Position numbers and translations under genes: made by a program. Shown here one piece after another: positions 1-9,568 of a stretch of DNA of 64,000 bases (position 1 is its first letter; each line of letters starts with the position of its first letter). Source of the stretch: Candidatus Latescibacterota bacterium (GTDB taxonomy: Bacteria; Latescibacterota; UBA2968; UBA8231); assembly GCA_965203175.1 (NCBI GenBank), contig OZ241867.1, forward strand, positions 2,656,001 through 2,720,000. The letters run 5' to 3'. Under the pieces are notes generated by a model that saw only the letters and a program-made list of their open reading frames with translations, searched no databases and was not told where the DNA came from.

Positions 1-1
1 C

Positions 2-772
2 GCCCTCGACTTCTTCGGCGTATCTGATAATGCCCAGATTATCCGCGTGCTCCACGATGGCGAGTCCGCTCGCACGGAAACCGTCCACACGCATTCTAAT
101 CTTATCAAGATAATTTCCGAATTGGGAGCAAGGCCGTCAGATTTGCTCCAAGCGAACGGACTTATTTGGGTGGAGGGACCTTCGGACCGCATCTATCTCA
201 ATCGGTGGATTGAACTTTACACCGATGGCCGTCTTCGAGAAGGCCGCGATTATCAGTGCGTATTCTACGGCGGTGCGCTCCTAGCAAAGGTCCAGTTCAC
301 ATCGCCCGAAGACGGGGACGAGGTCTCCGAACTCGCCAACCTGTTTCAAATCAATCACAACCTCATCGTCGTGTGTGATGGCGATCGAGAGGCCGAGGAC
401 TCTGACCTAAAATCGAGAGTGCTGAGAATTCGCGAGGAAGTCGAAAAGATAGACGGCGCGCACATTTGGATTACTGACGCCAAGGAAATTGAAAATTACC
501 TTCCTAGTTCTGTTCTTGAGAAAGTCCCTGACGCTGTCTTCAAGAAAGCACCAGCCTTGTCATCGCTACCAGACCCTGGACAATATGAAAGTTGGTCGTC
601 ATATATAAAAGAGAACATGGAGGGAACGAGTATAGACAAGGTAGCCTTAGCCATTTCGAGTGCCCCCCATACGAAAAAGGAAGTGATGGAGGAGCGATTC
701 GATTGGAAAGTACAGATGGAACAGATCGTCAAGCGCATTAAATCGTGGAACGGGGATTCTGTTAGTACATGA
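2..772 (+). CDS. OLD-family ATP-dependent nuclease, C-terminal TOPRIM part (5' end outside window)
   Basis: Frame is open from base 2 (ALDFFGVSDNAQIIRVLHDG). It has the TOPRIM_OLD-type motifs IWVEGPSD, VCDGD and KEIENY. Confidence 0.8.
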   Translation, partial: ALDFFGVSDNAQIIRVLHDGESARTETVHTHSNLIKIISELGARPSDLLQANGLIWVEGPSDRIYLNRWIELYTDGRLREGRDYQCVFYGGALLAKVQFTSPEDGDEVSELANLFQINHNLIVVCDGDREAEDSDLKSRVLRIREEVEKIDGAHIWITDAKEIENYLPSSVLEKVPDAVFKKAPALSSLPDPGQYESWSSYIKENMEGTSIDKVALAISSAPHTKKEVMEERFDWKVQMEQIVKRIKSWNGDSVST

Positions 773-812
773 GCTGCCGAGCGATTTGCATCGTCAAGAA
801 AGGACAAAACCA

Positions 813-1102
813 ATGAAAAATTATGCTCACGTCGGATCTGGAGCGCATGTTGACCGAGCAGGCCCGCAAACTGGGAATTACTTCCTGAACAGCTCGTCGT
901 GGATAGCCTGAAGGCGCGTCTCGCGTCGGCATCGGCCGTGCCAGAGACACAAGGAACGCTGGCGGATTTTCTCCATGAGCATATCGGCGTTTTAGACAGC
1001 CGCGAATACATCCCCGGCGGTGCGCGCATGTCGGAAGACAGCGGCAAGAAATTCGCTACGGGATTGCTCAAATCGACAAATGAAGAAGGACTGTCATGCT
1101 AG
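813..1102 (+). pseudogene. Frameshifted small antitoxin-like gene
   Basis: RBS GAAAGGA precedes ATG813. ATG823 reads MLTSDLERMLTEQARKLGIT and stops at 886-888. Removing one T near 882 continues as PEQLVVDSLKARL into ORF 899-1102, an RHH-like antitoxin pattern. Confidence 0.6.
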
Positions 1103-1332
1103 GATTTGAACGCATTACCTTTGACCCAGATGTAATGGGCGGTCGGGCCTGTATCCGCGGTATGCGCGTAACGGTCTCCCTCGTGATCAACTTGGTTGCC
1201 AGCGGGATGTCAACCAAGGAAATCTTGGAAGCCTACCCATACCTCGAAGCCGAAGATGTCAGCGAGTGTCTTCGTTACGCGGCTTGGTTGGCGGAGGATG
1301 CCGTATATTCGGTGGAACCGTCCTCGGCATGA
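1096..1332 (+). CDS. DUF433 family putative antitoxin
   Basis: RITFDPDVMGGRACIRGMRVTV...EILEAYPYLEAEDV matches the DUF433 pattern. Confidence 0.9.
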   Translation: MLGFERITFDPDVMGGRACIRGMRVTVSLVINLVASGMSTKEILEAYPYLEAEDVSECLRYAAWLAEDAVYSVEPSSA

Positions 1333-1451
1333 GATTCTTGGCGGATATGGGAATCTCCCCGAACACCACCGCGTATCTAGCAAAACAGGGACATGATGCC
1401 GCGCACTTGGCTGATCAAGGGCTACCTCACTGTATCAATCGGTCGATTTGA
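1329..1451 (+). pseudogene. Truncated DUF5615 PIN-like toxin (N-terminal ~32 aa only)
   Basis: ATGA overlap with the DUF433 stop. MRFLADMGISPNTTAYLAKQGHDAAHLADQGL is the family N-terminus, and similarity ends near 1425 at the convergent gene's stop. Confidence 0.75.
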
Positions 1452-1948
1452 GCCAAAATTGCATCGGGCGTCGGCCGGTCGGAGACGCTTTCCCCTACGT
1501 ATTTCCATTCGATGTATCCCTCAGGCGAGACGATGATGGCGGACGGCGTCGCGAGGGTGTCATTCAGAAGGTTGTAAACTCCGTAGTCCTTGGCTACCTC
1601 GGCACCCTTGTCTGACAAAATGGGGAATTCAGCGCCGGTGAGCTCCATCATTTCCAACGCGTCCGCGGTGTTATCAGTGCTGATCGCCGCAAGCGACACA
1701 TTGCGCTCTAGAAACTCGGGATACACATCTGCCAACTCACCTAGTTGGCTCCGACAGGAACCTCAGAAGAATCCTCTATAAAACAGCAGTACCGCCGCCG
1801 CGCGGTTGTCGAGTAAGTCGGATAGGGAAACAGAAGTCCCATCTGCCGCCGGTAAGGTGAACGCAGGCGCTCGACCGCCCGTAGAGACCGGATTGGAATT
1901 GCAGCCAGCGAGGGCGATGAGAGTCGCGGCTGCCAAGGGCAGAAACAC
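1427..1948 (-). CDS. AhpC/TSA peroxiredoxin-like selenoprotein (UxxC), probable lipoprotein
   Basis: ORFs 1763-1948 and 1427-1735 are in one frame joined by a single TGA (1763-1765). Read-through gives LLFYRGFF-U-GSCRSQLGEL, with U at the first Cys of FYRGxWCxxC. LAGC lipobox. Start codon uncertain. Confidence 0.88.
1731..1749 (-). promoter_or_regulatory. Bacterial SECIS-like hairpin
   Basis: mRNA reads UGA, 13 nt, then GCCAACU-AGGUG-AGUUGGC. This is a 7-bp stem with a G-containing apical loop 20 nt after the UGA. Confidence 0.75.
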
Positions 1949-2499
1949 TAGAAAATCTCGTTTAAGCCAACAGAGAAACCTGTGAGCGTGGGCGAGCTCA
2001 TCGTCTGCCCCTCACCGTAGATGTTCTCCACCTCGAAGGTACCCTCGTCGAGCAGCAGCACCGTTACCGTCCGGGCGTCCGAATCGACTAACCAGTACTC
2101 CTTCACGCCATACTTGGCGTATAGAGCGCGTTTGAGCGTCCGATCCCGCCCAGCAGTAGAGGGGGACAGGATTTCGACTACCAAATCAGGTGCACCGCGA
2201 ACACTCGCGCCACCGAGCAGCAGGTGCGCTCGCTCATTGGAGACGAACAACAGGTCCGGCTGTACCACGTCTGTGTTCGACAGCACCACGTCGCAGGGAG
2301 CGGGGAAGACCTCGCCTAGACTCCTCTCCTGTACGAAAACATGGAGCAACGCTCCTAGCCGGATGCCAATTCTCTGGTGCTCTAGGTTGGGCGCAGGGAC
2401 CATGATCAACTCTCCGTCCAATAACTCGTAGCGCTTGTCCTCCGGGGTGTGTTGGTAGTCCTCATAGGTGAACTTGACGGCTGGGTTGGGGCTGAGCAT
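1948..2499 (-). CDS. Uma2 family endonuclease (PD-(D/E)xK)
   Basis: RYELLDGELIMVPAP, VQPDLLFV, GAPDLVVEILSPST, YGVKEYWLVD. Confidence 0.92.
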   Translation of the reverse strand: MLSPNPAVKFTYEDYQHTPEDKRYELLDGELIMVPAPNLEHQRIGIRLGALLHVFVQERSLGEVFPAPCDVVLSNTDVVQPDLLFVSNERAHLLLGGASVRGAPDLVVEILSPSTAGRDRTLKRALYAKYGVKEYWLVDSDARTVTVLLLDEGTFEVENIYGEGQTMSSPTLTGFSVGLNEIF

Positions 2500-2585
2500 A
2501 TCGCCCTCCTCTCGTCGCTAGATGTGCTGTTTACGGATGCCTAAATGACGATCAATCAACTACTAATAATCTAACCGCCGCCGCC

Positions 2586-3407
2586 CTACTCGGCGAGCCG
2601 CCCAATCGGCATCCGCGGACCGACCAAGATCATCCGCCCCCACGTGTTATCGTCGTCGCCATTGCCGTAGATCATGAAGTGCCCACCGTACGCGCCGCCG
2701 TCCGGGTCGGTGTGGACGATTTCCATGCTGTATTCGTCGCCCACTTGCGGCGGCTGCCAGCGGGGATCGCTGTGGGGAAACGTCGCGTGCATATCCACGC
2801 GAGCCTCCAAGATGAAATCAGCCGCGCTCCGGCCCCAAGGATCCATGCGTACCACGTAGTCGCAAGCAGCCTCGGGGATCGGCTCTTCAATGTAGCTTTG
2901 GCCGGGCGCGCCGTGCCGCCACCAAGCGTTTTGCGGGGTGCGCTGCGGGTCGGCCACAAAGCAGAAGGCGTTGTCGCCTTGGCCAAAGCGCTCGTTGGCC
3001 CGGTCGCGCGGGCCTTCCATAAACCAGCAAATCGCATCCTTGAAATACCAGCGTTTGTCCGCTGGATCGGGATCGTCGAGATCGTTGACATTGTCCCAAA
3101 CCTCGGCCCCGAAATAGAAGTTTTGCGCGTCCCAAGCAATGTAGTAGCGGGCGCGCAAATCGTCTTCGAGGTGCGGCTCGTTGCCGTGGTCGGTGAGGCG
3201 GTTGCGCGCGCCGCGATCGAGACGGTAGAAGCTGGCCTCGCTGATGCGGCGCATGTCCCAGATGCCGTCGTTGTGAGCGAGATCCTTCCACTCGGCAAGA
3301 TCGCCGTCAATAGTTGGAGCCGCCTCCAATAAGGGAGCGTTGATGTTCATGTCCGCGCGCGCGGCGGAGGCGACGAGCAAAATCGCGCATATAGCAAAAG
3401 GCAGCAT
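2586..3407 (-). CDS. Secreted CBM9/DOMON-like sugar-binding domain protein
   Basis: RBS GAGGAG before ATG3407 and a signal peptide. PTIDGDLAEW and YIAWDAQNFYFGAEVWD are CBM9-like motifs. Confidence 0.7.
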   Translation of the reverse strand: MLPFAICAILLVASAARADMNINAPLLEAAPTIDGDLAEWKDLAHNDGIWDMRRISEASFYRLDRGARNRLTDHGNEPHLEDDLRARYYIAWDAQNFYFGAEVWDNVNDLDDPDPADKRWYFKDAICWFMEGPRDRANERFGQGDNAFCFVADPQRTPQNAWWRHGAPGQSYIEEPIPEAACDYVVRMDPWGRSAADFILEARVDMHATFPHSDPRWQPPQVGDEYSMEIVHTDPDGGAYGGHFMIYGNGDDDNTWGRMILVGPRMPIGRLAE

Positions 3408-3418
3408 GAATTTTCTCC

Positions 3419-4165
3419 TCAGCGGTAGTCTTCGGCTCGGTCCGCGGGCACAAAGCCCACCGTCTGGCGAGCGTGTTCTAAGTCGCGGTAGCCCCATTTG
3501 TTGTCCGAGGTGACGAAGAAGGTGTCGAAGGATAAGTCGAGGGGAGCGGCAAGGCACTTTTCGATCATCTGCACGGCGTCGCGCTGGCTGCACCAGACGC
3601 AGAACTCGCGAGAATGGATCGGACGATTTTCCGGGTTGACGCGGCCAAAGCGAAGGCAGAGGACAGACATGCCATAAGCCGAAGCATACTCGCGCCCCAA
3701 CTCTTCGCCCCAGACCTTGCTGGCCGCGTACAATCCCGTTGGCCGCAGGGGCGATTGCGCGGTCAGCATCGGCCACTCAGCGGGCACTTGGTCGTACTCG
3801 CCGGCCAAAAGCTCCTTGTATGGGGAAAGTGCGGCATAACCACCCATGACTGACCCACTGCTGGCGAAGAGAACGCGCCGTACTCCGGCCTCGTGGGCCG
3901 CGGCAAAAACATTCCCCGTCCCCTGCAAGTTGGCGCGGGAAATCGCCGCTAGGTCGTTTTCAATATGGGCGGCAAGATGGACGACCGCGTCGATCCCCGC
4001 AAAGGCTGGTCGGATGGCATCGAGATCGGCAATATCGGCCTGGTGGCAGTCGATGTGCGGAAGCGGGCGGCGATTGAGGGCACGCAAGTTATAGCGGGTG
4101 CGTAAGCTAGCGACAGCGGCTGTGCCGATCAGACCCGTGGCGCCTGTGATGAGGACGTTTTGCAT
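3419..4165 (-). CDS. NAD-dependent epimerase/dehydratase (uronate dehydrogenase-like SDR)
   Basis: ITGATGLIG, VVHLAA, YAASK and WCSQRD. Confidence 0.85.
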   Translation of the reverse strand: MQNVLITGATGLIGTAAVASLRTRYNLRALNRRPLPHIDCHQADIADLDAIRPAFAGIDAVVHLAAHIENDLAAISRANLQGTGNVFAAAHEAGVRRVLFASSGSVMGGYAALSPYKELLAGEYDQVPAEWPMLTAQSPLRPTGLYAASKVWGEELGREYASAYGMSVLCLRFGRVNPENRPIHSREFCVWCSQRDAVQMIEKCLAAPLDLSFDTFFVTSDNKWGYRDLEHARQTVGFVPADRAEDYR

Positions 4166-4278
4166 AAGCCATGTTAGGGTTGAGGATTGGCTCTCATTAG
4201 TAAGGAATACGGCCAGACGTGTCCAGCGGGCGCGGCCCGTGTTGTGGGCAATTGGCGCTTTGGCTACTATAAACCGCC

Positions 4279-5559
4279 GTGAAATACACAATGGCGATAT
4301 GGAGTTTTTGCGCGTTAGCAGCGCTGCTTGCTATCGGCTGCACAGCCGATAGAGAAAGAGTGCCCGGCGAGCCGGTACAAATTTCGATGTGGATGTTCGG
4401 CGGGGTGGAGGAGCAGGACCGGTGGTTGCGGCAGGCAGTGAACCGGTTTAATGCCGTACAAGACAACATCCACGTCGATTACGAGAATCGGGATTGGGCC
4501 ACGCAGCGGGAGAGCCTGATTACCTCGACGATTGCCGGCGAGGGGCCGGACATCATTCGCGTTCACCACAAGTACTCAGTGGAATTTGGCGAGTTGGGCG
4601 GGCTGTACGCGCTGGAGCGGTTTGCGGATTTTCCCCAAGTCAAAGCGCGGATTCTCGACAATCTGTGGGAGCACGTCGCGTACGGAGGCCAGCACTTTGG
4701 GCTACCCATCCAGATTTTGCCTTTTATCATGGCAGTGAACAAAGCGCTATTGGCCGAGCACGAGGTGGAAGTGCCCCAGACTTGGGAGGATATGCTGGCG
4801 CTGGGGCCGGTGCTCAAGGAGCGGGGGCTTTTCGCCTTCACCATGCCGGCGGGGCTGAACCAAGACACGGCCTACCGCTTTTTGCCTCTACTCTACAAGG
4901 CGGGTGGGAGAGTATTCAACGAGGACTGGACGCGAGCTGCCTTTAATGGCCCAGCCGGTATCTCGGCGTTGGAGTTCCTCGTGGCGATGAAGGAGCAGGG
5001 CTTTATGCCGCCAGCGTGCGCCGCCTATGCCTTTGACGAGAACGCGGCAACGTGGTGTACGGAAAAAGCGCTGCTGTCGATTGAGGGGCCGTGGTGGCAG
5101 CATATCGCGTCCAATAACTACGACTTCCCGGTGGAGAAGTTGCAGTTGATCCGGTTGCCCGGACCGGCTCAGCCGCTCGGACCGCATCCACCGCGCACCC
5201 TGCTAGACTTGGTCATGGTGGCAATCACCGGCTATACCCGAGCGCCGGAGGAGGCGTGGACGGTGATCAAGGCCCTGTGGCTCGACGACCCGCAGTGGCA
5301 CGTCCCCAACGCTGAGATGCTGGGCTTCCCCACTCAGAAGATCGCCTACGCCCCGGGAATCGAGTCGAATTTCATCAACGCCGAGGTGCTGGCTGCGGCT
5401 GGACAAAACGGCTTAGCTTGGCCGGGGCACCCAGCAGTGACACAGATCCAGCGGCAGATGGCCGACGCGGTCAATATGGCGCTGAGCGGGACCTTGTCTC
5501 CCAAGGAGGCACTCGACCAAGCAGCGGAGGAAGTGGACGAAATTTTGGAGGATTATTGA
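4279..5559 (+). CDS. CUT1 carbohydrate ABC substrate-binding lipoprotein, paralog 1
   Basis: Lipobox AIGC, GPDI, PQTWEDM and C-terminal SPKEALDQAA, typical of SBP_bac_1. Confidence 0.88.
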   Translation: MKYTMAIWSFCALAALLAIGCTADRERVPGEPVQISMWMFGGVEEQDRWLRQAVNRFNAVQDNIHVDYENRDWATQRESLITSTIAGEGPDIIRVHHKYSVEFGELGGLYALERFADFPQVKARILDNLWEHVAYGGQHFGLPIQILPFIMAVNKALLAEHEVEVPQTWEDMLALGPVLKERGLFAFTMPAGLNQDTAYRFLPLLYKAGGRVFNEDWTRAAFNGPAGISALEFLVAMKEQGFMPPACAAYAFDENAATWCTEKALLSIEGPWWQHIASNNYDFPVEKLQLIRLPGPAQPLGPHPPRTLLDLVMVAITGYTRAPEEAWTVIKALWLDDPQWHVPNAEMLGFPTQKIAYAPGIESNFINAEVLAAAGQNGLAWPGHPAVTQIQRQMADAVNMALSGTLSPKEALDQAAEEVDEILEDY

Positions 5560-5577
5560 CCTGCGCATGCTGTTCGT

Positions 5578-6846
5578 ATGTCCGTAAAACGAATGCTCAT
5601 TCCGCTCTTCGTGGGCTTGATCGCCTGCGGAGGCGACGACCGCCCGCGTCCCGGCGAGCCGACCACAGTAGTGTTGTGGGAGTTCGGGGGCGTGCCGGGC
5701 CTGCGCGCATGGGTGCAACAGGCCGTGGCCGACTTCAACGCCGCGCGCAGCGATATCCAGATCGAGCTGGAGTTCCGCGACTGGGCGACGCAGCGCGAGA
5801 GCTTAATCAGCACCACCATCGTCGGCGATGGGCCGGATATTGTGCGGGTGCATCACAAGTACTCGGTGGAATTCGGCGAGTTAGGGGGACTGTACGCGCT
5901 GGAGAATTTTCCCGACTTCCCCCAGGTCAAGGAGCGCATCCTCGACAACGTCTGGGAACTAGTCGAATACGATGGCAAGCACTACGGCCTGCCGGTGACC
6001 ATGCTGCCCTTTGTGCTGGCGGTCAACACCGACATTATGGGGCGGATGGGGCTCGAAGTGCCCGAGACTTGGGACGAGATGTTGGCACTAGGGCCGCAGT
6101 TCGCGGGTACGGGAATCGAGCCTTTTACCATGCCTGGGGGCGTCAATCTGGACACGGCCTACCGCTTTTTGCCGTTGCTGTACAAAGCGGGTGGGCGCGT
6201 CTTTAACGAAGATTGGTCGGCCGCCGCCTTTAACGGCCCAGCCGGGCAAGCAGCGTTGGAATTTCTAGTAGAGATGAAAAACAAGGGCTATTTGCCAGCC
6301 GGCAGCGCGGCCTATCGCTTCGACGAGAACGCCGCGCACTGGTCAACCGGCAAGGCAGCGCTGTCGATTGAGGGGCCGTGGTGGCAGGATATCGTCCACG
6401 GCAACTACGACTTCGATTTGAACAACCTGGCGCTGGCGCAAATTCCTGTGCCCACAGAGCACATCGGGCCGCACGAATCGCGGACGTTGCTCGACGTGAT
6501 TATGATTGCCATAACGGGCTACACCAAGGTCCCCAATGAAGCCTGGGAAGTGGTCAAGGCACTGGATTTGGACCATCCGGTCTGGCGCAACCCCAACCCC
6601 ACCATGGGCGGCATTCCCACGCTGAAGGCCGCCTATGCCGAAGGCGTGCAGTCCGATTACATCGACCTGGACCAGCTCGCCACAGCCGGGGCCAATGGGC
6701 TAGGCTGGCCGGGGCATCCGGCGATCACCCAAATCCAGCGGCACATTGCCGACGCGGTCAATATGGCGCTGACCGGCTCGCTAAGCCCCAAGGAGGCGCT
6801 GGACTTTGCCGCCGAAGAAGTAAACGAGGTGTTGAGTGATTACTAA
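5578..6846 (+). CDS. CUT1 carbohydrate ABC substrate-binding lipoprotein, paralog 2
   Basis: Lipobox LIAC. Colinear with and very similar to paralog 1. Confidence 0.88.
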   Translation: MSVKRMLIPLFVGLIACGGDDRPRPGEPTTVVLWEFGGVPGLRAWVQQAVADFNAARSDIQIELEFRDWATQRESLISTTIVGDGPDIVRVHHKYSVEFGELGGLYALENFPDFPQVKERILDNVWELVEYDGKHYGLPVTMLPFVLAVNTDIMGRMGLEVPETWDEMLALGPQFAGTGIEPFTMPGGVNLDTAYRFLPLLYKAGGRVFNEDWSAAAFNGPAGQAALEFLVEMKNKGYLPAGSAAYRFDENAAHWSTGKAALSIEGPWWQDIVHGNYDFDLNNLALAQIPVPTEHIGPHESRTLLDVIMIAITGYTKVPNEAWEVVKALDLDHPVWRNPNPTMGGIPTLKAAYAEGVQSDYIDLDQLATAGANGLGWPGHPAITQIQRHIADAVNMALTGSLSPKEALDFAAEEVNEVLSDY

Positions 6847-7741
6847 AGGCGCACTGCGCAAAAATCTGACGCCGTACTATTTCTTGCTACCGGCCATACT
6901 GGTCTTAGCAGTCGTCATCCTCTACCCGGTGTTCAGCAACCTGATCATGAGCCTGTACAAGGTGAAACTCTTTCGCGGCGCTGGCGACGAGTTCATCGGC
7001 CTGACTCACTACGCCAAGCTCTTCGGCAGCCGCACCTTTGTCAACAGCATCTGGAGTTCGGTGCGCTTTACGCTCTACTCCCTGCCGGTAGCCTTCGTCC
7101 TGGGCTTGGGGATGGCGTTGATCTTCAACGAGATCCGCAAGTATCGGCCGGTCTTTACCGGCTTTCTGCTCATCCCCTGGGCCATCGCTCCGGTCGTAAC
7201 TGGCTACATGTGGCGCTGGCTCTTCCACGACAGCTTCGGCCTCGTCAATCATACGCTCTTAAGCCTCGGCTTCATCGACGCCAACGTCCCTTGGCTGGCG
7301 CAGCCAGACGCGGCTATGGGTGCGGTGGTGGTGGCCAATGTCTGGCGCTTCATGCCCTACATCACTATCATGCTGCTGGCGGGTTTGCAGGGCGTGTCCG
7401 CCGAGCTGTACGAGGCCGCGCACGTCGATGGTGCCAATGTGTTCGGGCGCTTCTTCCACGTGACCCTGCCGCAGCTCAAACACGTAATCGGAGTGGTCTT
7501 CCTCTTCGCCACCATCTGGATGGTCAACGACTTCGCACTGATCTTCATAATGACCGAGGGCGGCCCAGCCAAGGCCACGCAAGTAGTGCCGATTACGGTC
7601 TACCGCATCGCCTTCGAGCACTTGCGGCTCGGCAAGGGCGCGGCCGCAGCGCTGATTCTGCTGCTCTTTTTGCTGGCCATGAGCATCGTCTTCATCCGCG
7701 TGCTCTTCCGCGAGGAGAGGAGGAGTGCGGATGCGAATTAA
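6836..7741 (+). CDS. Carbohydrate ABC permease (MalF/UgpA-like)
   Basis: Multiple TM segments and EAA loop ELYEAAHVDGA. Confidence 0.9.
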   Translation: MITKGALRKNLTPYYFLLPAILVLAVVILYPVFSNLIMSLYKVKLFRGAGDEFIGLTHYAKLFGSRTFVNSIWSSVRFTLYSLPVAFVLGLGMALIFNEIRKYRPVFTGFLLIPWAIAPVVTGYMWRWLFHDSFGLVNHTLLSLGFIDANVPWLAQPDAAMGAVVVANVWRFMPYITIMLLAGLQGVSAELYEAAHVDGANVFGRFFHVTLPQLKHVIGVVFLFATIWMVNDFALIFIMTEGGPAKATQVVPITVYRIAFEHLRLGKGAAAALILLLFLLAMSIVFIRVLFREERRSADAN

Positions 7742-8570
7742 GACCCAAGAAAAAGTCCGCGCCTATCTCGCCTACGGCTTAGGCTCGGTTTTCGTACTCA
7801 CGCTGGTGATGCCGCTGATATGGGTGGTGACCACGTCCATGCGTCCCCTGTCCGAGATGACCCGCACCCCGCCGCTGGTCTTCCCCCGCTCCCTCACCTT
7901 CCACGCGTACGTCGAGATGTGGGACACCGGGCCGTTTGTGAAGTACTTTGCCAACAGCATGGCCATTTCCCTTTCTACCGCCCTGATCGCCCTCGCGTTT
8001 AGCGTCTGCGCGGCGTATGCCTTTGCCCGCTTTCGCTTTCGCGGCAACACCTTGTTGCTAATGGTAGTGGTGATGTCGCAAATGCTACCCGGCTCTTCGA
8101 TCCTCATCCCGCTCTTTCAGGTGATTCGCTCGTTCGGCTTGCTCGACACGCACGTGGGCATGGTGCTGATCTACACGGGCTTTGCCATCCCGTTTTGCAC
8201 CTGGCTGCTCAACGGCTACTTCCGCGCCATCCCCACCGATCTAGAACAAGCCGCGCTCATCGACGGCTGCAACCGCCTCCAGCTACTCTACCGGATCGTC
8301 TTGCCGCTGGCCGCACCGGCGATCGTGGCAGTGGGGACCTTTGCGTTTTTGCTTTCGTGGAATGAATTCTTGTTCGCTTTTGTGTTTACCAAATCGCAGG
8401 CCCTGACCATTCCGGTGGGGCTGCGTGCCGCGTTTTTGGGACAATACGTCAACAAATACGATCAGCTATTCGCCGCATCGCTGATTTTTAGCCTACCGCC
8501 AATCGCGCTCTTTGTCGGATTGCAGCGGTACTTTGTCCAGGGATTGACGGCTGGCGCTGTAAAGGGATAG
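7731..8570 (+). CDS. Carbohydrate ABC permease (MalG/UgpE-like)
   Basis: EAA loop LEQAALIDGC and C-terminal QRYFVQGLTAGAVKG. Confidence 0.9.
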   Translation: MRIKTQEKVRAYLAYGLGSVFVLTLVMPLIWVVTTSMRPLSEMTRTPPLVFPRSLTFHAYVEMWDTGPFVKYFANSMAISLSTALIALAFSVCAAYAFARFRFRGNTLLLMVVVMSQMLPGSSILIPLFQVIRSFGLLDTHVGMVLIYTGFAIPFCTWLLNGYFRAIPTDLEQAALIDGCNRLQLLYRIVLPLAAPAIVAVGTFAFLLSWNEFLFAFVFTKSQALTIPVGLRAAFLGQYVNKYDQLFAASLIFSLPPIALFVGLQRYFVQGLTAGAVKG

Positions 8571-8578
8571 GAGAACAG

Positions 8579-9568
8579 ATGACTAAGACTAAAACATGGC
8601 TGCTGTGCGCCCTATTGGTCGCCGCTTGCGGGCAACCAGACGACGCGCCCGATAAACTCAAGATCGGCTACGTCATCAACTTCATGTCGCACGAGTGGTA
8701 CCAAAACATCAGTAGGTCAGCGACAGCGCGAGCGACCGAGTTGGATGTCGAATTGATCGTCGCCGACGCCAACCTCGACGTGGCCGCGCAAATCTCCAAA
8801 GCCGAAAACCTACTCGCCCAAGGGGTGAAAGTGCTGATTCTATCGCCAGTGGACGCCAAGGCGATGGGGCCGATAGTGCGGCAAGCCAAGGCCGCAGGTA
8901 CCAAAGTGATTACCGAATCCAACCCCGTGTCCGAAGCCGCCAGCTACGTGGGAATCGACAACTACGCGGGTGGGGTCAAGGCCGGCGAGTGGTTTGCCAG
9001 CTACGCGGCGGAGAAGGGTCTTGACCCCAAAGTCCTCATCGTCGGCTTTCCCAACTTCGAGGACTGTCGGCAGCGAGTCGATGGCTTTAAAGACGCGCTC
9101 GCCGCCTCGGGTCTGACCCATGAGATCGTCCAAGAAGTCGATGGGCAGGGCCTCAAGGAAAAGGCGTTCAAGGTGGCGCAGGACGCGCTGACGGCCAACC
9201 CGCAGATCAATGTGATCTACGGCATCAACGACGACTCGACGACCGGCGGCATGGCAGCCTACAAGGCAGCCGGGTTGGACGAATCAACGCTGACCGCGAT
9301 CGGCTTCGGCTTCGAAGGCACCGTGGGACAGACGGCTCTAACCGGCGACACGCCCTACGCGGCAGCGCTGGCGATGTTTCCCAACTTTGTCGGAAGCGCG
9401 CTCATCGATGCGGCCGTACAAATAGCGCGCGGCGAGCAGCTCCCCCCCCACTACGAGACACCGACCATCGTCGTCACCCGCGACAATCTCAGCCGCTTCT
9501 ACGACATGAGCACCGAACCGCCCTTCGCGCTCAAGGTGGATGCGGTGCGGGCCTTGATGGCACAATGA
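8579..9568 (+). CDS. CUT2 monosaccharide ABC substrate-binding lipoprotein (RbsB-like)
   Basis: Lipobox VAAC and Peripla_BP motifs VGIDNYAGG and GINDDS. Confidence 0.87.
   Translation: MTKTKTWLLCALLVAACGQPDDAPDKLKIGYVINFMSHEWYQNISRSATARATELDVELIVADANLDVAAQISKAENLLAQGVKVLILSPVDAKAMGPIVRQAKAAGTKVITESNPVSEAASYVGIDNYAGGVKAGEWFASYAAEKGLDPKVLIVGFPNFEDCRQRVDGFKDALAASGLTHEIVQEVDGQGLKEKAFKVAQDALTANPQINVIYGINDDSTTGGMAAYKAAGLDESTLTAIGFGFEGTVGQTALTGDTPYAAALAMFPNFVGSALIDAAVQIARGEQLPPHYETPTIVVTRDNLSRFYDMSTEPPFALKVDAVRALMAQ

Noticed and set aside
1427-1948. Nonsense-mutated pseudogene or two separate small genes
   Set aside because: The TGA falls exactly on the catalytic Cys column and is followed by a SECIS-like hairpin, so recoding is the simpler explanation.
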